Below, in pieces: positions 19,968 through 29,535 of a stretch of 64,000 bases of DNA. Source of the DNA: a virus; the IMG/VR virus record IMGVR_UViG_3300043122_000207, positions 32,001 through 96,000 of that record; one strand, given 5' to 3'. Made by a program: the position numbers and the translations under genes. Within the stretch, counting starts at the first letter, position 1; every line of letters starts with the position of its first letter. A model generated the notes under the pieces. That model did no database searches, had not been told where the DNA came from, and saw only the letters and a program-made list of their open reading frames with translations.

Positions 19968-20606
19968 ATGGCAAAGAATGATAATGTATTTGTGACAACG
20001 GAAATTTTTAGTTTAACAGAATGGAATAATGATAGTAATAGTAAAAACCTATCAGCAAGATTATTAAACAACAATGGGTTCATAATTTTCTTTCAGGAGC
20101 AGAATCAAGGTAAAGGAGCCTATTGGAATAACAAGGGTAACTTTTGGTGTAGACAGGATGATATGCCGATTCTAGCTAGGATGATTGAATTAGTAGTAAG
20201 AGATATTAAAGAAGGGAACTACTCCAGAGAAAGATACATGAAAGGCTCTAAGAGTGACTTCTATATTCTAGCTAAAGAAAAAAACGGCAGATTATATATT
20301 GCTGCTAAACTGGTACCAAAAGATAGCAATGGAAACCAGGATGATTCTAAAGCACTACTTATTAAATTCCCATCAAATAAAGTATTAGATGATGAACAGA
20401 CTAAAGGATTAATTTTACTTGAAACATTCAGAGATGCTATTAAAAATACCTATGATAGAGTAAACACATCCTTTGATTCTCATTACAAGAAATACTTTGA
20501 GGAAATCAATGGTAGTAGTGGTGGTTCTAAATCAGGTGGATCATCTAAAGGTAAAAGCAGTGGGGGTAAAGAAGACATCGAAAGTGATGATGATTATCCT
20601 TTCTAA
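19968..20606 (+). CDS. Putative single-stranded DNA-binding protein
   Basis: Gly/Ser linker and acidic ESDDDYPF C-terminus resembling the SSB-Ct motif; aromatic beta-rich core. Confidence 0.55.
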   Translation: MAKNDNVFVTTEIFSLTEWNNDSNSKNLSARLLNNNGFIIFFQEQNQGKGAYWNNKGNFWCRQDDMPILARMIELVVRDIKEGNYSRERYMKGSKSDFYILAKEKNGRLYIAAKLVPKDSNGNQDDSKALLIKFPSNKVLDDEQTKGLILLETFRDAIKNTYDRVNTSFDSHYKKYFEEINGSSGGSKSGGSSKGKSSGGKEDIESDDDYPF

Positions 20607-20618
20607 ATTAAATATAAA

Positions 20619-20652
20619 CCCCGAGGGATTATACCCTCGGGATTATTTTTTT
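20619..20652. terminator. Terminator between convergent genes
   Basis: CCCGAGGG/CCCTCGGG stem plus T-tract. Confidence 0.85.
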
Positions 20653-21626
20653 TATACTTCTTTTCCTTTTTGTCTCCATTGCTCTCTATAGTGTTCTGGC
20701 ATATTTTCTTTTTTATCTTCTACAAACTCATAAGAATTATTTAATGAGTCTGTAACTACACCTTCATCCATATTCAAATTAATGTCACCAAGTGTTTCTA
20801 TGTTTTTCTTTCTAGCATCACTTATTGTGTGTCCTTCTTCATCTTGTACTTCTATCCAGTAAATCTCTTCTTCTAAATCAAGATGCATAACTTCTTTTAA
20901 ATCTTTATCTTTGTATCTTAAGTTAGCAGCAGATGAACCATAATTTATTCCATACTGTTCTTCTAGGTCAGCGTTTATATTTCCAGAACTTTTTTTCTTA
21001 GCTTTTTCTGGATCACATTTTGGTTTATTTTCATCTAGGGCTTTATTTGGTTTTGGTTGTGTTGAGTTTGCTATATCTTCTTTAGTTCTTTTTCTGGGTT
21101 CAGTTCTTGTTGGTCTTCTTTTAGTTTGTCTTCTATTTTTTTCTGGGTTGGTTAAAAAAGAACCATTTAACTGTGGTGTGTCAGCTGAATCATTGGAGAA
21201 AAATTGAGCATATGTACCACGCATATCACGAGGGTCATTACCCACACCACCAACATCCTTTTGGTTGAGTTTCTTTTCTTTCATTTCAAGATCAATGATA
21301 TTTTTAGTGATTGAAGATTTTTTATCTATAGCAGTTATTTTGGAAGTTAAAAGAGAAGTTAGAGTCTGATACATATCCTTTTCATATACCAGTTGATTTC
21401 CGTGTTCTTTTCTTACCTCACGTATTCTATGTTTAACTTCATTGGCTGCTGAGTCTATTTGTTTTTGTACTTTATTTAAATCCTTAATAGATTTTTTAAA
21501 TCTTTTTTCTATATCAGATTTTTCGTTTTTCTTTTTAGGTTCTAGAACTTCGACATACTCCATATAATCATCCATGGATTTATTGGAGTTTAATCCAAGT
21601 TCTCTCATACCTTTATTAAGAATCAT
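20652..21626 (-). CDS. Coiled-coil hypothetical protein
   Basis: 324 aa; AGGAGG RBS; late motif at 21655-21666. Confidence 0.8.
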   Translation of the reverse strand: MILNKGMRELGLNSNKSMDDYMEYVEVLEPKKKNEKSDIEKRFKKSIKDLNKVQKQIDSAANEVKHRIREVRKEHGNQLVYEKDMYQTLTSLLTSKITAIDKKSSITKNIIDLEMKEKKLNQKDVGGVGNDPRDMRGTYAQFFSNDSADTPQLNGSFLTNPEKNRRQTKRRPTRTEPRKRTKEDIANSTQPKPNKALDENKPKCDPEKAKKKSSGNINADLEEQYGINYGSSAANLRYKDKDLKEVMHLDLEEEIYWIEVQDEEGHTISDARKKNIETLGDINLNMDEGVVTDSLNNSYEFVEDKKENMPEHYREQWRQKGKEV

Positions 21627-21693
21627 TTAAGTCTCCTCCTTTTGATTTTCCATATATTTATTTGTTTATAACAATAAAACTATCCTTTATATA

Positions 21694-21707
21694 GTTATAT
21701 ATTATAA
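21694..21707 (+). promoter_or_regulatory. Early promoter motif
   Basis: GTTATATATTATAA. Confidence 0.7.
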
Positions 21708-21760
21708 AGGTGAAAAGAAAACTACATATAAAAAAAAAATTAAAAGAAAGGGTTGATAAA

Positions 21761-21967
21761 ATGTTAATACTTAAAGTTTTATTTATTGGTTTAATTGTTT
21801 ATTTTATTGGTGGTGTAATGGCTATACCTTTAACCATTTATAAATTGGGGGATAAGGTTGGTTGGGATGATGATCCAGTTGATGTTAAGGTTGGGATAAT
21901 TGTCTACATAATATTACATGGTTGGCAGTTAATCCATAGACTAACAGTTCATAGTGAGCAGAGTTAA
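21761..21967 (+). CDS. Small two-helix membrane protein
   Basis: RBS AAGGGTTG before the ATG at 21761; two hydrophobic segments. Confidence 0.7.
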   Translation: MLILKVLFIGLIVYFIGGVMAIPLTIYKLGDKVGWDDDPVDVKVGIIVYIILHGWQLIHRLTVHSEQS

Positions 21968-21985
21968 TTCTCTGCTTATTTTTTT
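21957..21985 (+). terminator. Intrinsic terminator
   Basis: AGCAGAG/CTCTGCT stem plus T-tract. Confidence 0.8.
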
Positions 21986-22012
21986 ATATCCACAACAATT
22001 TTTTGAAGGAGA

Positions 22013-24835
22013 GTGAATAAAGTGAGCAACGAAAATATGTTACTTCTTAATAACTATTTTGATAGAAATAAAAATAGACACCATATATTAATGAAGAATG
22101 TAGATACTGAGGAAAAGAAAGTTTATAAAATAAATAACCCAACTATACCTATATATAAAGTTAAAGATGATGTTGAGGTGCCAGATTATTTTATGGAGTA
22201 TCGTGATATAGAAGACCTTGAAAAACATGATGTCTCATATAGATGGAGAGAATGGGACCTTGCAAGATTAATAGGTTATGATGGTTTTACAAATGATGTA
22301 AGAAAAAAGCATATTAAAAAGGAGCAGATTTATTTAGATAAAAGATTATTCGGAGCTGATGTTAGATTAACAGATAGAACTATTATGGACTATCTAGATT
22401 CAATGGGTAAAGAAGATAAAGAAGGTAATATAACTTATCCTGATGAACCACCAATTAAAAATTTACACATAGGTTTTTTTGACCTTGAGTGGGATATTAG
22501 AATAGATAGTGATGATGAAGCTGATTACCCTATATACCTTATGACGTATTTTGATTCTAAAGAAAATGTTTGTCACACTTTTTATCTTGAAGATAAAAAT
22601 TATAAATACCAAGATAAACTTCTTAAAGATAAGGGTCATAAAAAATTTATCAAGGAATTGAAAAAAGAACTCGAAGAAGATTTTAGTAAACTATCCTTAA
22701 AAAATGCTAAGGAAGAACAGCAGGTAAAAGAGACAATATTCAAAAGATTAGATAATATTAAATATGAGCTTAAATCTTACAGCAGTGAACAGAGAATGAT
22801 TCGTGATTTTTATAAAATGATAATCAGAGATTATATGCCTGATTTTCTATATGCATATAACACCAGTGCAGATATAGGACAAACTCTAAACCGTTGTGAT
22901 AAATTAAATATCAAACCATCTAGCATTTTCTGCCACCCTGATGTCGGAGATTATGTTGACTTTAGAATTAGAGATAACACCTTCCCACCAGAGGATAGAA
23001 AGCATAACTATGAATGTGCATCTTATACCAAGATAATGGATATGTTTATAACCTATCATGCTATAAGGGGTGCATCATCTTTTACAAGTTATAAGTTAGA
23101 TACTGTTGCTAAAGATAATCTTGGTGTTGGTAAACTAGACTATTCTCATATCTGTGACCACATTGGTGATTTACCTTATAGAGATTTTTATACCACAACT
23201 AAATACAACATTCGTGATGTTTTGGTTATGCCATTTATAGAGGATGTTACACAAGATACTAAGACAATGGTATCTAAACGGTTTACAACAAGAACAGAAT
23301 ACGATCAGCTTTTTACTTCTATGGCTCAAGTTATGAATGCTTTTTTCCATATGGGAGAAAGAAATGGTCAGATACTCTCTAATGAAGTTAATAAACTTCT
23401 TTTAAAGTTGTCCGATAAACAGGTAGAGATCCTAAAGGAAGAAGACAGAGTAACCTATGATATTATTATGTCTATTAAAAATGGTGATAGAATCCAGGGT
23501 GGTTTATGTACTGACCCAAATAAAGTTACAAGAAAAGGGATAAAACTTTTACCACTATTAAATAATAAGAAAGTATTTGAAACAGTAATTGATGCAGATG
23601 CATCTTCTATGTATCCTAATAATTTGATATCCCACAATATAACTAAGACAACTTTGGTTGGTAAGTTAATATGGATAGATGAATTTCATGACTTAGTTTA
23701 TAAAGAAACTAAAACAGTAAATGGTAGGTTGATAATAAGTAGGGATGATTGGGCAGCTATTAAAAAGATGCGTTCTAAATCAAATAATAATAAGTTCCAA
23801 AGAAATAAGTTTCTTAAAATGTATAGGGCTATCAAATATTTTGATTATAAAGAACTTGCTAATAAGTCTATCGATATAGATATCATGAGTGTACTTGAAG
23901 ATTACGGTTTTAAAGAAGAAAAAGAGTATATGCCAAATTTAAGAAAGATATTCAAATACTTTAATGGTTCTATGATAGATAAGGAAGAGTTTGAAAAAGA
24001 TTTCCCAGATAAAGATAAAAAGGACTTAAAACACACTATAGAAATAATCCAAATCTATATTAAAAACATCACATCAAGAATAGGTGAAAGGGCTATCATT
24101 TCTTTAATCCAAAGAAACATTATAGAAATAGGAGAGATATTTTTTAATCTTCCGAATCTAACTGATTTAGATTTTATTTTAAATAATATATCTCAAAAGG
24201 AAGTTAGTCTGGTTGATTCACATGATGACTATGAAGTAAAAATAGTTAAAAACAAATTAAGACCATTACTTTCTATTTTGTCTCAGCTTGATTCATCTAT
24301 GTTAAATGATAAAGATTTAGATACCGGATTATATAAAACAAACGGTATGTTTTATATCGGGGATAAAAAGAGAAATTATATCAGATATACTGGCACTGTT
24401 ATAGAATACTTTCTTGAAAGTGGGAAAAATCTAACAGATGTCTTCGAAATAGATGAACCAATATATACTGATAGAAGAGGTAACGTTGCAAATTACATTT
24501 ATGAAGAACAAGTCAAAGTTAAAGAGATACCAGATATTAATGGTTCAGTCATTTTCAGTGGTGAAGTTGATGAAGAAAATGTTCGTAAATTGAAGTTAAC
24601 AGATAGGTTATCTAGGAGGTTAGACTTTAAAACTAAAAGTGGAGAAATAATAACCATTAATTTAAACCCTAGAATGGTTCCCTGTATAAGGGAGATAGAG
24701 TCATTACATGTTAAGATATGTAAAACAGAACATGATAGTATTTATGATGTGATAATAAGATCTGAAATACCAATAGAAAAACCACACGAAGATAAATTTA
24801 TATATAACCAATACATGAAAATACTAAATTACTAA
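22013..24835 (+). CDS. polB: Split family-B DNA polymerase, exonuclease and motif-A subunit
   Basis: ExoI FFDLEWD, ExoII YAYNTSAD, YKLDTVA, ExoIII YNIRD, motif A DADASSMYP; motifs B and C absent; late motif at 21994-22005. Confidence 0.9.
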   Translation: MNKVSNENMLLLNNYFDRNKNRHHILMKNVDTEEKKVYKINNPTIPIYKVKDDVEVPDYFMEYRDIEDLEKHDVSYRWREWDLARLIGYDGFTNDVRKKHIKKEQIYLDKRLFGADVRLTDRTIMDYLDSMGKEDKEGNITYPDEPPIKNLHIGFFDLEWDIRIDSDDEADYPIYLMTYFDSKENVCHTFYLEDKNYKYQDKLLKDKGHKKFIKELKKELEEDFSKLSLKNAKEEQQVKETIFKRLDNIKYELKSYSSEQRMIRDFYKMIIRDYMPDFLYAYNTSADIGQTLNRCDKLNIKPSSIFCHPDVGDYVDFRIRDNTFPPEDRKHNYECASYTKIMDMFITYHAIRGASSFTSYKLDTVAKDNLGVGKLDYSHICDHIGDLPYRDFYTTTKYNIRDVLVMPFIEDVTQDTKTMVSKRFTTRTEYDQLFTSMAQVMNAFFHMGERNGQILSNEVNKLLLKLSDKQVEILKEEDRVTYDIIMSIKNGDRIQGGLCTDPNKVTRKGIKLLPLLNNKKVFETVIDADASSMYPNNLISHNITKTTLVGKLIWIDEFHDLVYKETKTVNGRLIISRDDWAAIKKMRSKSNNNKFQRNKFLKMYRAIKYFDYKELANKSIDIDIMSVLEDYGFKEEKEYMPNLRKIFKYFNGSMIDKEEFEKDFPDKDKKDLKHTIEIIQIYIKNITSRIGERAIISLIQRNIIEIGEIFFNLPNLTDLDFILNNISQKEVSLVDSHDDYEVKIVKNKLRPLLSILSQLDSSMLNDKDLDTGLYKTNGMFYIGDKKRNYIRYTGTVIEYFLESGKNLTDVFEIDEPIYTDRRGNVANYIYEEQVKVKEIPDINGSVIFSGEVDEENVRKLKLTDRLSRRLDFKTKSGEIITINLNPRMVPCIREIESLHVKICKTEHDSIYDVIIRSEIPIEKPHEDKFIYNQYMKILNY

Positions 24836-24847
24836 GGAGAGATATAA

Positions 24848-25036
24848 ATGGGTTTTACAAGTATTAAAGATCCACAATCATTTGAGGTTCAGGTAGATCA
24901 TATAATCAAAGAGTGCAAGAATGATCCTGAAGATATGCATAAGAGATTAGATTCTTTAATGGAAGAGCAATTATGCCAACTAGGTTATTATAGGGCAATA
25001 AACAAAATAAGAGAAACGACAAGACACTACTCATAA
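24848..25036 (+). CDS. Small hypothetical protein
   Basis: AAGGAG RBS. Confidence 0.7.
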   Translation: MGFTSIKDPQSFEVQVDHIIKECKNDPEDMHKRLDSLMEEQLCQLGYYRAINKIRETTRHYS

Positions 25037-25097
25037 TATAATTATATATTATTTATTTGAAAGACAAATAAAATATTTCAAATAAGGAGAGATTCAA

Positions 25098-25490
25098 ATG
25101 GAAATTGTAGATATTGAATTTGATTTGGATTTATACAAAAAGGAAGACTTTAAAAAAGAAGATATCGTAGAAGTGTCTAATAAGATTTTAAATATCTTGA
25201 AAAAGAACGATATAGTCCATGATGAATTGATTAGATCACATGTCACCCTTTTTAGTTGTATTTACAAAGTGCCTGTTAAAATAATAGGACTTACAAAAAA
25301 ACAGGTTGGTTTATTAATAGATGATATAATAAAAAATAAAACAGCCTCGGATTCTATAGTGGCTGGTAGGGTATCATCTATGGAACATAATAAATCATAT
25401 ACTGTTGTATTGGAAATGGATAATACAAAGTATCATGTTTTTAATAGGGATTCAGTACCAAAAGAAAATTTAGAGTATTCTTTAAAATAG
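25098..25490 (+). CDS. Hypothetical protein (early)
   Basis: Early motif at 25042-25052; AAGGAG RBS. Confidence 0.75.
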   Translation: MEIVDIEFDLDLYKKEDFKKEDIVEVSNKILNILKKNDIVHDELIRSHVTLFSCIYKVPVKIIGLTKKQVGLLIDDIIKNKTASDSIVAGRVSSMEHNKSYTVVLEMDNTKYHVFNRDSVPKENLEYSLK

Positions 25491-25497
25491 TATCTAC

Positions 25498-25525
25498 ACC
25501 CGGTTAATAGCCGGGTATTTTTTTT
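25498..25525 (+). terminator. Intrinsic terminator
   Basis: ACCCGG/CCGGGT stem plus T-tract. Confidence 0.8.
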
Positions 25526-25593
25526 GTCATTATATTCCAAAAGCACTATTTAATTCGAACAAAGATATAATAAAAAATGAGAGGTGAAAACCA

Positions 25594-26748
25594 ATGACAA
25601 TAGAGATAAACACAATTCAAGGTTTATTAGATATTAAAAACGATTTATCAGCTGATTACGTTTTAACCGACGATATAGATTTAAGTGGTTTAAGTAATTG
25701 GGAACCTATTTTTAATCATAAAGCAGCAACAGCTGAAGATGGGTTTTTTAAAGGAACACTTGATGGACAGGGTCACAAAATAATGAATTTGTCCGGGCAA
25801 TATATTTATGAAGAGGACATGTGGCGTGCTTATTTTGAAAAAAATAATTTAGAGGATTTTGAGAAAGTTAAAAACGATCTTAAAACTGGAGAATTTGCTG
25901 ATGATGAGCATTTATCTATATCTTTAGAAATGTTTTTTGATATGGTGGTCATGGGTATCTTAGGTGATAATGATACAGTCTCTCCTTTTTTATCACCAGA
26001 TACGGTGACACTTATAACAGACAATAATAATAATGATTATTTTTTAGACGATACTATAGGTGAAAGACCAACTGAAGCAAAAATTATATTTAACAGTTGG
26101 CCTCTGCAAGATGAGATGGAGGGTTATTTTGGTCAGTTTGATGCTGATGGTGATAGTGGTATCACATTGGAAACAGATGCTATTCTTACTTATTTTGAAG
26201 ACAATTATTCAAGATGTGAGATTATTTATACCTTGCCAGATGATCCAGCAGAGGACCCACAGATAACCAATTTTTCTGGTAACTTTGCACCGAATGGCAC
26301 TGATAGTATAGTGCCACCGAGAAGTTTATTTATGGGTTTATTAAATGCTGAAATTAAAAATTTAATTTTAGAGAATGTAGATATTGCTGGTTTAGATTCA
26401 TCTGGACCTGATATGTTAGGTAATCCAGAGGTAGATTTTGTAAGTGTATTGTCACACATGTCATGCAATAGCACTTTTAAAAATATCAAAATTACTGGTA
26501 CTGTTGCTGGAAAATGTTATGTTGCAGCTTTATCAGGTATAGGATATAAAAAAAATCAAGATGACAAGATATTAATAGATAATGTTGTTTTTGATGGAGA
26601 TATATTTTCCAGAAGTAATTTTGCTGGTTTTATCACAAATGTTATACCAGTTGATCAAAATGTAACTCTTGATGTTGATGATATCGAAATAAATGAAAGC
26701 TATGTGCAGGGTAGGTTTACTATTTTAGAACAGCCAGTAGCAGTATAA
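25594..26748 (+). CDS. GLUG-family beta-helix protein, N-terminal part with acidic insertion
   Basis: DLSADYVLTDDIDLSG..NWEPI...FKGTLDGQGHKIMNL, then AEIKNLILENVDIAG; late motif at 25558-25569. Confidence 0.7.
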   Translation: MTIEINTIQGLLDIKNDLSADYVLTDDIDLSGLSNWEPIFNHKAATAEDGFFKGTLDGQGHKIMNLSGQYIYEEDMWRAYFEKNNLEDFEKVKNDLKTGEFADDEHLSISLEMFFDMVVMGILGDNDTVSPFLSPDTVTLITDNNNNDYFLDDTIGERPTEAKIIFNSWPLQDEMEGYFGQFDADGDSGITLETDAILTYFEDNYSRCEIIYTLPDDPAEDPQITNFSGNFAPNGTDSIVPPRSLFMGLLNAEIKNLILENVDIAGLDSSGPDMLGNPEVDFVSVLSHMSCNSTFKNIKITGTVAGKCYVAALSGIGYKKNQDDKILIDNVVFDGDIFSRSNFAGFITNVIPVDQNVTLDVDDIEINESYVQGRFTILEQPVAV

Positions 26749-26774
26749 TTTTAATAACTGAGAGGTGAATAAAA

Positions 26775-27506
26775 ATGATAATTGATTTCCCAATAGATAC
26801 ATTTGCTATAGATACTGGATTAAATGATTTTGTGGCTGGAATGACAATTGCTGGACCACAAACAAAAATAAGAAACTCGTATGTTTCTGTTAGGCTAATT
26901 AAACCCGATTTGGCTGGAGATGAATACTATGAAATGAGAGGACTCATTAGATCCAGTTTAGCAATAGGAGGACCATTGACCCATAGGTGTTATTACAATT
27001 CTGATTTATTTGGTCTTGTGGATACACAAGCTACACCTTTAACTAACGAGAGAATGAAGGACATGTTAAATTATGTTGAATGGGATTTTGAAAACACATG
27101 GGGTATGGATGATGGTGAACCTGAAGGGTATACTCCTGAAGAATTGAATTTTGATGGTTTCTACGATCTTTTGATGGGTAGTTTTTCTGAAACAGGTATG
27201 CTTCCACCTGGAGACGAGCAGGAAATAAAAGATATGATGGAAATGTCCATTGGATCTTTGATGATGATGCTTTTTATGGCTGGAATGGCTAATAATCCCA
27301 ATACACCTGATGCACCAGGTGATATCCCACCGGGTTTGTTATCTGGTGATGTTGTTAGTTTTAAATTGGATGGACAACCAATGGATTTAGAAAATCTTAC
27401 AGAAGAAGAGTTTATGAACATTGATCCAACAAAAAACGTAACAATTACAGTTAACGATTATTCGAAACTTCTGCAAAATTTTAAAAATATACCAGATATG
27501 ATTTGA
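26775..27506 (+). CDS. GLUG-family beta-helix protein, middle part with Met/acidic-rich extension
   Basis: IRNSYVS...CYYNSD...PLTNERMKD...WDFENTWGM. Confidence 0.6.
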   Translation: MIIDFPIDTFAIDTGLNDFVAGMTIAGPQTKIRNSYVSVRLIKPDLAGDEYYEMRGLIRSSLAIGGPLTHRCYYNSDLFGLVDTQATPLTNERMKDMLNYVEWDFENTWGMDDGEPEGYTPEELNFDGFYDLLMGSFSETGMLPPGDEQEIKDMMEMSIGSLMMMLFMAGMANNPNTPDAPGDIPPGLLSGDVVSFKLDGQPMDLENLTEEEFMNIDPTKNVTITVNDYSKLLQNFKNIPDMI

Positions 27507-27582
27507 CCAACAGACCCACCACTTGGTAGATAAGTGGTTTTGGTTTTTAATATAAAATCAGATAATATAAGAGGTGATAAAA

Positions 27583-27939
27583 ATGGATTTAGAGATGATT
27601 ATTTCTATGTTAGAAGAAATATCTAATTTTATATCGTCAAGTGAAACTGAAGTGAATTTTGGAGATATAACTCAAGCAACTGACCCCACAACAGTACAGA
27701 TGCAACAGTATAAGTTTTATAAAAAATATCAAGGTATAAATAATGGGTATCCTTTTCTTAGAGTTTTTGATGGCTCCTCTCCAGTTATTGATCCAGAAGA
27801 TTCTACTGGTGATAATGGTGGTGGGTTACCTAATACCGGCAATTTAAGGGAGGTTATTGCACCTTTAATTTATGGTGATAGATATAGATATACTTTCCCT
27901 TATGTTAATTTACCTAGTGAATTTTTCACTAATAAATAA
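27583..27939 (+). CDS. GLUG-family terminal fragment protein
   Basis: GINNGYPFL motif; RBS AGAGGTG before the ATG at 27583. Confidence 0.5.
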   Translation: MDLEMIISMLEEISNFISSSETEVNFGDITQATDPTTVQMQQYKFYKKYQGINNGYPFLRVFDGSSPVIDPEDSTGDNGGGLPNTGNLREVIAPLIYGDRYRYTFPYVNLPSEFFTNK

Positions 27940-27946
27940 TAAATAA

Positions 27947-27976
27947 AACCCAGGGTTAACCCTGGGTTATTTTTTA
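27947..27976. terminator. Bidirectional terminator
   Basis: AACCCAGGG/CCCTGGGTT stem with flanking A and T tracts. Confidence 0.85.
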
Positions 27977-28282
27977 TATAAAACCTTTTTTGGTTAATTT
28001 TTTAATTAAATCTTCGAGAGAAATTTTTCTTGATGCTTCTATACTTCCATTTTTAATCCACATCAAAGATTCCCCATTTTTTTTACCGTAAAAATAGACA
28101 GGTCCGATTCTATCAACATTGCAAAATTTACCAACACATGTTTTTGTACCAAATACTCTTTCTGGTGTCCCTAACTTTTCTTTTAACTTCTCAACTCCAC
28201 GACATAGTAGTAGTTTTTCTTTCCCCAATTTAACTATAACCATTGTCTCCACCCTTCTTATTCCTATTATTTTTATATACAC
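27974..28282 (-). CDS. Basic hypothetical protein (start may be the later MVIVKL)
   Basis: ORF; late motif at 28292-28304. Confidence 0.65.
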   Translation of the reverse strand: MYIKIIGIRRVETMVIVKLGKEKLLLCRGVEKLKEKLGTPERVFGTKTCVGKFCNVDRIGPVYFYGKKNGESLMWIKNGSIEASRKISLEDLIKKLTKKGFI

Positions 28283-28311
28283 TTTAGTGTACTAAATATT
28301 TGTTGTGATGA

Positions 28312-29418
28312 TTAGACTATTTCACATTTATTCACAACTTTGTAAGATCTTGGTTTTATTTTAAATCCAGCGTATTCTCTTTTTGATAAACTATTATTTA
28401 ATAATAAAGTTTTATCACCTTTAGTGACAACATAAAGGTCTGAATCCAAATAGTTTAATTCATTTTTTTCTTCGCTGTTGTTTACCTTAATCAAAGGATC
28501 AATCCTTTTTTTGAGATTATAGTCGAAATAATCTTTCCAGAAAATAACAGCCGGTTCATTTTGAAAAAGTATGTACGCATAGGCTAATTCTTTATTCTCG
28601 ACTATATCCTTTGTGTACCCATTTTCGGTTCTACCTATATCGTGATTGGATACAAAGTTTATCATACCCGGATAACTCATACCATATATTTTTCTCATAT
28701 CAAATTCTGGGTTCATACACATTTCTTTTAATTTATAAAACATAGGGAAATTTAAAGTATCTATTTTAGTTTGGTTTCTAAAATCATCTATGTAGGTTAT
28801 ATCTCCATCCCATAATTCACCCATCGTAAAACAATCAAAATTTTCTTTCCATTCTTTAAGAAAGTCCCATCGTATGTCTTTGCAATTATCTATTCTGAAC
28901 CCATCGTATCCTATGTCTTTTTTCAACCATTCACACCATTTTATCAATCCATTTTTCATATATTCATTATCTGAATAATAACAGATCGTTTCACCGAATT
29001 CATTATTTGATCCACAATTCCCACAGTTATGGCAGAAATGCTTGTGGTTTTTTGGGAATCTCTTTTCAGTAAATCTGGTCCAAGTCTCTACTTGAACTCT
29101 TTCATCTGATAAAGATGGGTTTGGTTCTCTATCTCCACCAACCATATGACCCATAACAACATCAGCTAAAACTTCTATATCTTTTGATTGTAAATTGGAT
29201 ATTAAATTCTTTAGGTCTTTTTTTGTTCCGAATCTAGAATTTAAGTTGTAGTGTTCTTTAATGTCATATCCCATAGAATCATTACCATTCATTCCTCTTG
29301 ACGGTGGTGGCAACCATATTTTTTTAAAACCTTTTTTTGATAAGGCGTCAACTAAGGCATCTAATTCTTTATACCAGTCTTTATGACAATCCCAATAAAA
29401 CCCTTGTAGAATAACCAT
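28312..29418 (-). CDS. Alpha-amylase, glycoside hydrolase family GH13
   Basis: LQGFYWD, IWLPPPSRG..SMGYD, ADVVMGH, GFRID (nucleophile), GELW (acid/base), FVSNHD. Confidence 0.92.
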   Translation of the reverse strand: MVILQGFYWDCHKDWYKELDALVDALSKKGFKKIWLPPPSRGMNGNDSMGYDIKEHYNLNSRFGTKKDLKNLISNLQSKDIEVLADVVMGHMVGGDREPNPSLSDERVQVETWTRFTEKRFPKNHKHFCHNCGNCGSNNEFGETICYYSDNEYMKNGLIKWCEWLKKDIGYDGFRIDNCKDIRWDFLKEWKENFDCFTMGELWDGDITYIDDFRNQTKIDTLNFPMFYKLKEMCMNPEFDMRKIYGMSYPGMINFVSNHDIGRTENGYTKDIVENKELAYAYILFQNEPAVIFWKDYFDYNLKKRIDPLIKVNNSEEKNELNYLDSDLYVVTKGDKTLLLNNSLSKREYAGFKIKPRSYKVVNKCEIV

Positions 29419-29463
29419 TTAATAAAACACAACCTTTATCTATATATTTCCTTTCATTAAGTT

Positions 29464-29476
29464 CTAAAAAATTGTT
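29464..29476 (-). promoter_or_regulatory. Late promoter AACA-ATTTTT-TAG for the amylase
   Basis: Exact N6 consensus immediately downstream of a terminator. Confidence 0.6.
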
Positions 29477-29501
29477 TAAATGGTGTTTCAAATGGTAAAT
29501 T

Positions 29502-29526
29502 AAAAGCGAGGGATTTTAACCCTCGC
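29502..29526 (-). terminator. Intrinsic terminator
   Basis: GCGAGGG/CCCTCGC stem followed by TTTT on the minus strand. Confidence 0.7.
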
Positions 29527-29535
29527 ATAAATTAT

